Shown here: piece after piece, positions 55,631 to 64,000 of the stretch
Numbering within the stretch: position 1 is the stretch's first letter
Layout: every line of letters begins with the position of its first letter
Source: an uncultured Actinomycetota bacterium
GTDB taxonomy: Bacteria; Actinomycetota; Actinomycetes; Propionibacteriales; Nocardioidaceae
Assembly: GCA_963780355.1 (NCBI GenBank)
Contig: CAWABT010000004.1
Location: forward strand, 17,724 to 81,723
Direction: 5' to 3'
Length of the DNA: 64,000 nt
The notes under the pieces: model-generated
The model's database searches: none
Told to the model about the DNA's origin: nothing
The model's input: only the letters and a program-made list of their open reading frames with translations
Translations under genes and position numbers: made by a program

Positions 55631-56698
55631 GTGGAGCAGATCAAGGTCGTCCAGTGGGCCACCGGCGGCGTCGGCCGCGCCGCCATCGAGGGGGTGCTCA
55701 GCCACCCCGACCTCGTGCTCGCGGGCGCCTGGGTGCACAGCCCCGACAAGCAGGGCCGCGACGTCGGCGAGGTGCTCGGGCTCGGCGAGGTCGGCGTCAC
55801 CACCACCGGCAGCCTCGAGGAGGTCTGTGCCCTCGACGCCGACGTCGTCGTCTACGCGCCGCTGGTGCCGAACGACGACGAGGTGGTCGCACTGCTGAGC
55901 GCCGGCCTCGATGTCGTGACGCCGGTCGGCTGGATCTACCCGAACCCCGCCAGGGTCGCCGCCATCGAGGAGGCCTGCCGCACCGGCGGGTCGACGCTGC
56001 ACGGCACCGGCATCCACCCCGGCGGCATCACCGAGCGGTTCCCGCTCATGGTCAGCGGCGTCAGCGCCCGCGTCACCCACGTGCGCGCCGAGGAGTTCTC
56101 CGACATCCGCACCTACGGCGCCCCCGACGTGATCCGCCACGTGATGGCGTTCGGCGGCACCCCCGAGGAGGCGCTCGCCAGCCCGATGGCCGCGCTGCTC
56201 GGCGGCGGCTTCAAGGCGTCGGTGCGCATGGTGGTCGACGAGCTGGGCTTCGCCGCGGAGCCCAGCATCGAGACGGTGCAGGAGGTCGCCGTCGCCACGA
56301 AGCCCATCGACAGCCCGATCGGCCCGATCGAGCCCGGCCTGGTGGCCGCCCGGCGGTTCCACTGGCGCGCCCTGGTGGACGGCGAGCCGGTGGTCACCGC
56401 CACCGTCAACTGGCTCATGGGCGAGGAGCACCTCGACCCCGGCTGGAGCTTCGGCCCCGAGGGCGAGCGGTTCGAGGTCGAGGTCACCGGCGACCCGAGC
56501 GTGAAGCTCACCATCCACGGGCTGCAGCCCGAGAACGTCGAGGCCGGTCTGGTGCGCAACCCGGGCGTCGTCTCGACGGCGAACCACTGCGTCAACGCCA
56601 TCCCGTACGTGGCCGCCGCGGAGCCCGGCATCAAGACCTACCTCGACCTGCCGCTGATCGCCGGTCGCGCGGCCCCGCACCTGGGACACGCGCGGTGA
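55631..56698 (+). CDS. DapB-N-like NAD(P)H-dependent (amine) dehydrogenase
   Basis: VVQWATGGVGRAAI, KQGRDVGE, STLHGTGIHPG, TANHCVNAIPYV..A.PGI. Confidence 0.8.
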   Translation: MEQIKVVQWATGGVGRAAIEGVLSHPDLVLAGAWVHSPDKQGRDVGEVLGLGEVGVTTTGSLEEVCALDADVVVYAPLVPNDDEVVALLSAGLDVVTPVGWIYPNPARVAAIEEACRTGGSTLHGTGIHPGGITERFPLMVSGVSARVTHVRAEEFSDIRTYGAPDVIRHVMAFGGTPEEALASPMAALLGGGFKASVRMVVDELGFAAEPSIETVQEVAVATKPIDSPIGPIEPGLVAARRFHWRALVDGEPVVTATVNWLMGEEHLDPGWSFGPEGERFEVEVTGDPSVKLTIHGLQPENVEAGLVRNPGVVSTANHCVNAIPYVAAAEPGIKTYLDLPLIAGRAAPHLGHAR

Positions 56699-56742
56699 TC
56701 CTCGACCGGTTCCGCCTCGACGGCCGGGTCGCGGTCGTGTGA
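56695..56742 (+). pseudogene. 15-codon remnant of a short-chain dehydrogenase N-terminus
   Basis: MILDRFRLDGRVAVV* with GTGA overlap on the upstream stop; breaks just before the expected TGxxxGxG motif. Confidence 0.7.
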
Positions 56743-56780
56743 CGCGCGCGGCCACCAACCCGAGGGACGGTCAACGACTC

Positions 56781-57374
56781 ATGGAAGCCTCACCACAGCC
56801 CGGCAGGCTCGGCCTGCGTGAGCAGCGTCGCGTCGACCTGAGGGCGCGGACCCGGCGGACGTCGCTGGAGCTGTTCGCCGAACGCGGCTACGACGCGGTG
56901 ACGATGGAGCAGGTGGCGGCCGCCGTCGGCGTCTCGCTGAGCACGCTGTTCCGGCACGTGGCCGCCAAGGAGGACCTGCTGGTCGGTGTCGTGCGCACCG
57001 GTCGCGCCGCCATCGTGCGGAACTTCGCCGAGCGGCCCGCCGACGAGCCGGTCGCCGACGCGCTCACCGCCGCGGTGCTCGCCCGGACGGCGGAGTTCGC
57101 CGACGAGACCGCCGTGGTCGGGCTGTGGCGCCGCGCGATGGCCGGCGCGCCGGAGCGACTGCGCCGCGCGTCGCTGCTCGACGCCGCCGAGCGCGACGAG
57201 CTCGAGCGGCTGGTCGCGGAGCGGCTCGGCGTCGACCCCGCGGCCGACGTGCGTCCCGGCGCCCTGGTGCGGAGCCGGCTCGCGGCAGCCGAGTACGCCT
57301 TCGAGCACTGGCTCACCAGCGACCCGGACCGGTCGCTGCACGACCTGACCCGCGCGGCCCTGGCGAGCGGCTGA
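56781..57374 (+). CDS. TetR-family transcriptional regulator
   Basis: LELFAERGYDAVTMEQVAAAVGVSLSTLFRH..KEDL HTH. Confidence 0.9.
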   Translation: MEASPQPGRLGLREQRRVDLRARTRRTSLELFAERGYDAVTMEQVAAAVGVSLSTLFRHVAAKEDLLVGVVRTGRAAIVRNFAERPADEPVADALTAAVLARTAEFADETAVVGLWRRAMAGAPERLRRASLLDAAERDELERLVAERLGVDPAADVRPGALVRSRLAAAEYAFEHWLTSDPDRSLHDLTRAALASG

Positions 57375-57375
57375 C

Positions 57376-59244
57376 TCAGCGGCCGTTGTAGCGCGCGCTG
57401 AGCGTCCGCACCCGGACGTTGCCCGCGTTGTCGAACGCCTTGGCGCGGACGATGACCCGGGTGCGCGCCGCGTTGAACCACACCGTGGCGCGGCAGGAGC
57501 GGACGCCGGACAGCTCGTCGGTGGCGACGCACCGCACGGCCGGCCGCCGGCTGTGGATGCGCGCCGTGTTGAACCCGGCGACCCGGACCTGCGGCCCGGT
57601 GCGGTCGATGGAGACCACCGTGACCGACGACACCGCGTCGCCGTCGGCGGTCCTCACCCACCGGGTGACGGTCTGACGAGCGCCGCTGCGGCTCAGCGTG
57701 ACCGAGGTCGGGCACGGAGCGGCGAGGGTGCTGCCCCCGGCGTCGCAGGTGTAGGTGATGGTGACCGGTGCGCGGTACCAGCCCGAGGCCGAGCGCCGCA
57801 GGGGGCTGGTGACGCGGGCGGTGATGGACGGAGCCGCGGTGTTGACGAGGAACTCCCGCGTCGCCGGAGTGGCGTCGGTGTTGCCGAGGGCGTCGACGGC
57901 GCGCACCGAGAACGTGTAGCCGCCCTCGGGCAGGTCGGTGTAGGCGAGGCCGGCGTTGGCGCAGGGGGCGAACCCGGCGGTGCCACCCGGCTCCGCCGGT
58001 GCGAGGTCGCACTCGAAGCGGTCGACGTCGCCGTCGGTGCCGGTGTAGGTGAACGCCGGGTCGTTGTCGCCGGTGGTGCCGCTCGGCCCGGTGGACACCA
58101 ACGTGTCGGGGGCGGTGGTGTCGACGCCGAACGCGCCGGTGGCCGGGGTGGCATCGGCGTTGCCGGCGGCGTCGACGGCGCGCACCGAGAACGTGTAGGC
58201 CGCGTCGGGCAGGTTCGCGTACGAGACGCCGGTGCCGTCGCAGGTCTCGTAGCCGGCAGCACCGCCGGGCTCGGCGGGGGAGAGGTCGCACTCGAGGTGG
58301 TCGACGTCGCCGCTGCCGGCGTAGGTGAACGCGGCGCCGGTGCTCGTGGAGATGCCGGTGGGACCGGACTCGAGCGAGGTGTCCGGGGCCACGGTGTCGA
58401 CGGTGAAGGCTCGGCTCGCCACGGGGCTGGATCGGCCATCGTCGTCGACCGCCCGCACCGAGAAGGTGTAGTCGTCATCGGGCAGGTCCAGGTACGAGAC
58501 GCTGCCGTTGCCACAGGTCCCGTACCCCGCGGGACGTCCGAGGTCGGCCGGCGTCAGCTCACACTCGAAGTGGTCGACCTTGTCAGCGGGGACGGCCCCG
58601 TAGGTGAAGACCGGGTCGTTCTGGTTCGTGAGGCCCGAAGGTCCGCTGGTGACGGTCGTGGCGAGGTTGAGCTCGTAGTCCAGCGAGACGAACGGGCCGA
58701 AGTCGGTGTAGGTGGTGCCGTTCTGTGTCAGCGACCTGCCGGTGAGCCGGAGGTCGCCGTTGCTCGCGGTGAGCGGCTCGAGGCTGCCGATCATGTAGTG
58801 GAGGAGGCTGGCGTCGGTCTGCACCACGCGGACGGCGGACCGGCCGGTGGGGAGGTCGAAGGTGACCGGCACGGGGATCACCTGGCCGGCGAGCCGCGAC
58901 TGGACGGTGATGTTGCGCCGCTTGGTCCAGCCGGTGTTCGAGCCCTCGTGGCCGACGGCCGACCCGGAACGGGTGTAGATGTCGAGGTTGAGGTTGAACA
59001 GACCCAGGACGAGCTGGTCGGAGGCGGTGATCCCGAGCCCGCGCACCCGCACGCCTCCCGGAGCCGCGACGTCGAGGTCGAAGGTGAACGCCTCGGCGAC
59101 GATGCCGCCGCCGGAGAACCCCGTGCTGATGGTCTGGACGTCGTCGTCGATGGTGGCGGCGGCCGTCGGTGCCGAGGCGACGGAGAGGCCGATCACAGCC
59201 AGGGTCGCGGCCAGGGCCGGGACGAGGCGTGTGCGAGGAGACAT
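57376..59244 (-). CDS. Secreted multidomain surface protein with three tandem Ig-like repeats and a cationic C-terminal domain
   Basis: Signal peptide ending AAA; three ~90-aa repeats (FTY...ECDL...C...Y.DLP...YTFSVRAVD..GN...DT.AP); GAGG RBS. Confidence 0.82.
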   Translation of the reverse strand: MSPRTRLVPALAATLAVIGLSVASAPTAAATIDDDVQTISTGFSGGGIVAEAFTFDLDVAAPGGVRVRGLGITASDQLVLGLFNLNLDIYTRSGSAVGHEGSNTGWTKRRNITVQSRLAGQVIPVPVTFDLPTGRSAVRVVQTDASLLHYMIGSLEPLTASNGDLRLTGRSLTQNGTTYTDFGPFVSLDYELNLATTVTSGPSGLTNQNDPVFTYGAVPADKVDHFECELTPADLGRPAGYGTCGNGSVSYLDLPDDDYTFSVRAVDDDGRSSPVASRAFTVDTVAPDTSLESGPTGISTSTGAAFTYAGSGDVDHLECDLSPAEPGGAAGYETCDGTGVSYANLPDAAYTFSVRAVDAAGNADATPATGAFGVDTTAPDTLVSTGPSGTTGDNDPAFTYTGTDGDVDRFECDLAPAEPGGTAGFAPCANAGLAYTDLPEGGYTFSVRAVDALGNTDATPATREFLVNTAAPSITARVTSPLRRSASGWYRAPVTITYTCDAGGSTLAAPCPTSVTLSRSGARQTVTRWVRTADGDAVSSVTVVSIDRTGPQVRVAGFNTARIHSRRPAVRCVATDELSGVRSCRATVWFNAARTRVIVRAKAFDNAGNVRVRTLSARYNGR

Positions 59245-59419
59245 GGGGCACCTCGGGTGTGTGGGAGCGGGCAAGGTCCATTGCACCGGCTCGGAGCCAC
59301 CTCAAGCGGGAACTTCTGAGCACCTTGCGGAAACCTTGTCGCCTTGCGGTTTTCTTGAGACAGCGGCCGAGGGTGCCCTCCGGCGGCGGTCCCGCTGCTA
59401 GGGTCGCCGTCGAACCGAC

Positions 59420-60104
<685 letters not shown>

Positions 60105-60108
<4 letters not shown>

Positions 60109-61037
60109 GGAAGCATCTCCTGTCGGTCGACGACCTCACCCCCGACGACGTCACCACCCTGTTCACCACCGCCGCCGAGATGCACGACGTGCAGAAGCGG
60201 CAGGTCAAGAAGCTGCCGGCGCTGCGCGGCCGCACCGTCATCAACCTGTTCTTCGAGGACTCCACCCGCACCCGCTCCTCCTTCGAGATCGCGGGCAAGT
60301 GGCTCAGCGCCGACACCATCAACATCACCGGCAAGGGCAGCTCGGCGAGCAAGGGCGAGAGCCTGCGCGACACCGTGCGCACCATCACCGCGATGGGCGT
60401 CGACGCCCTGGTGATGCGGCACTCCGCCAGCGGCGCCGCGCAGCAGGTGAGCGAGTGGGTCGACGCCGCCGTGGTCAACGCCGGCGACGGCACCCACGAG
60501 CACCCCACCCAGGCCCTGCTCGACGCCTACACGCTCCAGCAGCGGCTGGGCAGCCTGGAGGGCCGGCAGGTGGCCGTGGTCGGCGACCTCACCCACAGCC
60601 GGGTGTTCCGCAGCAACGTCGGGCTGCTCACGATGCTCGGCGCCCACGTCACCGCCGTCGCGCCGCCGACGCTGATGCCGAGCGGCGTGGCCACCTGGGC
60701 CAAGGAGGCGGGGTTCTCCACCTCCTACGACCTCGACGAGGTGCTGCCCACCGCCGACGCGGTGATGATGCTCCGCGTCCAGCGCGAGCGGATGAGCGGC
60801 GGCTACTTCCCGAGCGCGCGGGAGTACACCGTCGGATACGGCCTCACCAAGGACCGGCTCCGGGTGCTCGGCCCCGACGTGCCGATCTGCCACCCGGGCC
60901 CGATGAACCGCGGCCTCGAGATCGCCGCCGACGCCGCCGACGCGGCTCAGTCGCTGGTGCTCGAGCAGGTCTCGGCCGGCGTCGCGGTGCGGATGTCGAT
61001 CCTGTACCACCTGCTCGCCGGCGAGGAGAAAGCATGA
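60105..61037 (+). CDS. pyrB: Aspartate carbamoyltransferase catalytic subunit
   Basis: [49 protein letters not shown]. Confidence 0.98.
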
Positions 61038-62323
61038 GCGACCGGATCCTGGTGCGCGGCGCCCGCCTGCTCGGCGACGACGCCGCCGACCTGCTGCTCG
61101 CCGACGGCGTCATCGCCGAGATCGGCAGCGTCTCCGACGCCGGTGCGCGCGTCGTCGACGCCGACGGCCTGGTCGCACTGCCCGGCCTCGTCGACCTCCA
61201 CACCCACCTGCGCGAGCCCGGCCGCGAGGACGCCGAGACGGTGCTCACCGGCTCGCAGGCCGCCGCGGCCGGCGGGTTCACCGCGGTGCTCGCGATGGCC
61301 AACACCAGCCCGGTCACCGACACCGCCGAGGCCGCCGAGCGGGTCCACGACCTCGGCCGCGCCGCCGGCCTGGTCGACGTCCAGCCGGTCGGCGCCGTCA
61401 CCCGCGGCCTCGCCGGCGAGGAGCTCGCCGAGCTCGGCCTCATGCACCGCAGCCGCGCCCGGGTCACGGTGTTCTCCGACGACGGCCGCTGCGTCGCCGA
61501 CGCCCGCGTGATGCGCCGGGCGCTGGAGTACGTGAAGGCGTTCGGCGGCGTGGTGAGCCAGCACGCCCAGGACCCGGCGCTGGCCGGACCGCAGGCCTGC
61601 TGCCACGAGGGCGAGCTCTCCGGCCGGCTCGGGCTGCCGGGCTGGCCCGGTGTCGCCGAGGAGGTCATCGTGGCGCGCGACGTGATGCTGGCCCGCCACA
61701 CCGGCTCGCGGGTCCACGTGGCCCACGCCTCCACCGCCGGCACCGTGGAGGTACTGCGGTGGGCCAAGGCGCAGGGGATCGCGGTCACCGCCGAGGTGAC
61801 GCCGCACCACCTGCTGCTCACCACCGACCTGCTCGCCGGCTACGACCCCACCTTCAAGGTCAACCCGCCGCTGCGGCCGCAGGAGGACGTCGAGGCGCTG
61901 CGCGAGGCGCTGGCCGACGGCACCATCGACGCCGTCGCCACCGACCACGCCCCGCACGCCCGCCACGACAAGGAGCACGCCTTCGTCGACGCCGCGTTCG
62001 GCATGCTCGGCCTCGAGACCGCACTGCCCGTCGTCGCCACGGTGATGGTCGAGTCCGGCCGGATGTCGTGGGCCGACGTCGCCCGCGTGATGTCCACGAC
62101 GCCGGCCCGGATCGCCGGGCTGGAGGGCCAGGGCGCCCCGCTCGCCGTCGGGCAGCCCGCCAACCTCACGCTCGTCGACCCGGGCACGCCGCTCGTCGTC
62201 GATCGCGAGGAGTCGGTGTCGCTGTCGCGCAACAACCCCTGGCACGGCCGCACCCTGGCCGCGTCCGTGCACGCCACGTTCCTGCGCGGCGTCCCCACCG
62301 TCCTGGAAGGGAAGCTGGTGTGA
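61034..62323 (+). CDS. pyrC: Dihydroorotase
   Basis: [48 protein letters not shown]. Confidence 0.97.
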   Translation: MSDRILVRGARLLGDDAADLLLADGVIAEIGSVSDAGARVVDADGLVALPGLVDLHTHLREPGREDAETVLTGSQAAAAGGFTAVLAMANTSPVTDTAEAAERVHDLGRAAGLVDVQPVGAVTRGLAGEELAELGLMHRSRARVTVFSDDGRCVADARVMRRALEYVKAFGGVVSQHAQDPALAGPQACCHEGELSGRLGLPGWPGVAEEVIVARDVMLARHTGSRVHVAHASTAGTVEVLRWAKAQGIAVTAEVTPHHLLLTTDLLAGYDPTFKVNPPLRPQEDVEALREALADGTIDAVATDHAPHARHDKEHAFVDAAFGMLGLETALPVVATVMVESGRMSWADVARVMSTTPARIAGLEGQGAPLAVGQPANLTLVDPGTPLVVDREESVSLSRNNPWHGRTLAASVHATFLRGVPTVLEGKLV

Positions 62324-63220
62324 GCGAGAAGCGGATCCCGGTGCAGACGCCGTCCGGCACCTTCGAGGTCTGGACCCGGAAGGCCGGCGACCACCAAACG
62401 GTCAAGGTGCTGCTGTTGCACGGCGGCCCCGGCGCCACCCACGAGTACCTCCTGCCGCTGGAGGAGCCGCTCGTCGGTGCCGGGTACGAGATCTACTTCT
62501 ACGACCAGCTCGGCTCGCACCTCTCCGACCAGCCCGACGACCAGTCGCTCTGGGAGATCCCGCGGTTCGTCGACGAGGTCGAGCAGGTGCGCGCCGGGCT
62601 CGGGCTCGAGTCGGATGGTGCTCTACGGCCAGTCGTGGGGCGGCGTGCTCGCCATCGAGTACGCCCTCGCACACCCCGACCGGCTGCAGGGGCTGGTGGT
62701 CTCCAACATGATGTCGGACGTCTCCGCGTACAACGCCTACGCCGAGCAGGTGCTCAAGCCGGCGATGGACCAGGACGCGCTGGCCGAGATCACGCGGATG
62801 GAGGACGCCGGCCAGACCGCCGACCCGGCGTACGAGGCGCTCCTGATCGAGCACTACTACGTCGACCACCTGCTCCGTCGTCCGCCCGAGGAGTGGCCCG
62901 ACGCGGTCACCAGCACCCTCGCGCACCTCAACCACCAGGTCTACGACCTGCTGAACGGTCCCAGCGAGCTCGGCGCCATCGGCACCCTCAAGCACTGGGA
63001 CCGCAGCGGCGACCTGGCCGGGATCGACGTGCCCGCCCTGGTGATGGGCGCCCAGCACGACACGATGGACCCCGAGCACCTGCGCTGGATGGCCGACCAG
63101 CTGCCCCGCGGCCAGTACCACCACAGTCCCGAGCGGCAGCCACATGGCGCACATCGACGACCACGACACCTATGTGGCCGGGCTGCTCGCCTTCCTGCGC
63201 GACCTGGAGGCGACGGATGA
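62320..63220 (+). CDS. Proline iminopeptidase-family (S33) alpha/beta hydrolase with ~3 indels (62613-62614, ~63133, ~63215); sequencing errors or pseudogene
   Basis: LLHGGPG, YDQLG, YGQSWGG, AQHDTM, GSHMAH.DD spread over three frames; GTGA and ATGA overlaps at both ends. Confidence 0.85.
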
Positions 63221-64000
63221 CCGGCGCGATCCTGGTGCTCGAGGACGGGCGCACCTTCCACGGCGACGCCTACGGTGCGGACGGCGAGACGTTCGGCGAG
63301 GCGGTCTTCAACACCGGCATGACCGGCTACCAGGAGACCCTCACCGACCCCAGCTACCACCGGCAGGTGGTGGTGATGACCGCGCCGCACATCGGCAACA
63401 CCGGCGTCAACGACGAGGACCCCGAGTCCTCGCGGATCTGGGTGGCGGGCTACGTCGTCCGCGACCCGGCCCGGGTGCCGTCGAGCTGGCGCTCGCAGCG
63501 CTCGCTGGACGACGAGCTCGGGGCCCACGGCGTCGTGGGCATCTCCGGCATCGACACCCGCGCGCTCACCCGCCACCTGCGCGAGCGCGGCGCGATGCGG
63601 GTCGGCATCTCCTCGGTCGAGACCGACCCCACCGCGCTGCTCGAGCGGGTGCGTGACACCGCCGAGATGGCCGGCGCCGAGCTGGCCGGCGAGGTGTCCA
63701 CGACGGAGGCGTACGTCGTGCCGGCGCTGGGGGAGAAGCGGCTGACCGTCGCCGCCCTCGACCTCGGCATCAAGGCGATGACGCCGAGGCGGCTCGCCGA
63801 GCGCGGCGTCGAGACCCACGTGCTGCCGGCCACCGCCACCCTCGACGACCTGCTCGCGGTCTCACCCGACGGGCTCTTCTACTCCAACGGCCCCGGCGAC
63901 CCGGCCGCCACCACTCACCAGATCGAGGTGCTGCAGCAGGCGCTCGAGCGCGGCGTCCCGTACTTCGGCATCTGCTTCGGCAACCAGCTGTTCGGGCGGG
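63217..64000 (+). CDS. carA: Carbamoyl-phosphate synthase small subunit, 3' end outside window
   Basis: [63 protein letters not shown]. Confidence 0.97.
   Translation, partial: MTGAILVLEDGRTFHGDAYGADGETFGEAVFNTGMTGYQETLTDPSYHRQVVVMTAPHIGNTGVNDEDPESSRIWVAGYVVRDPARVPSSWRSQRSLDDELGAHGVVGISGIDTRALTRHLRERGAMRVGISSVETDPTALLERVRDTAEMAGAELAGEVSTTEAYVVPALGEKRLTVAALDLGIKAMTPRRLAERGVETHVLPATATLDDLLAVSPDGLFYSNGPGDPAATTHQIEVLQQALERGVPYFGICFGNQLFGR

Noticed and set aside
62320-64000. Apparent in-frame fusion of the peptidase N-terminus to carA
   Set aside because: Produced by the indels; the intervening frame is nonsense while the hydrolase motifs lie in other frames, and carA has its own ATG

Overview
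High-GC actinobacterial chromosome segment (gene order and repeat families suggest Nocardioidaceae; inference). Most of it is the conserved housekeeping backbone pgsA-pdxS-pdxT-yebC-ruvCAB-yajC-secDF-apt-relA-hisS-aspS-rarA-alaS-ruvX-mltG-aroE/C/K/B/Q-efp-nusB-pyrRBC-carA. Accessory blocks are a xylose locus (xylA, ABC transporter, ROK regulator), a BldK-order peptide ABC transporter and a redox/TetR/secreted-protein block. The best candidate for an undescribed system is a 4-gene island (8803-14390) that splits pdxS from pdxT. It encodes three paralogous two-Cys pilin-like subunits and a 1320-aa lectin adhesin. Three of the four carry SipW/TasA-type signal peptides, suggesting a sortase-independent, donor-strand-type fibre with a tip, a shaft and a cationic base. 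The intergenic DNA is rich in non-autonomous palindromic elements. These include two inverted copies of a ~500-bp nested hairpin that start exactly at stop codons, a 167-bp MITE-like element, a cloverleaf flanked by a 19-bp duplication of the nusB end, a hairpin that creates a mini-ORF bridging pyrR and pyrB, and a synonymously recoded duplicate of the rarA 3' end. Single-base indels in pdxT, secF, aroK/aroB and a proline iminopeptidase gene most likely reflect sequencing errors. No tRNA, rRNA, CRISPR array or transposase was seen.
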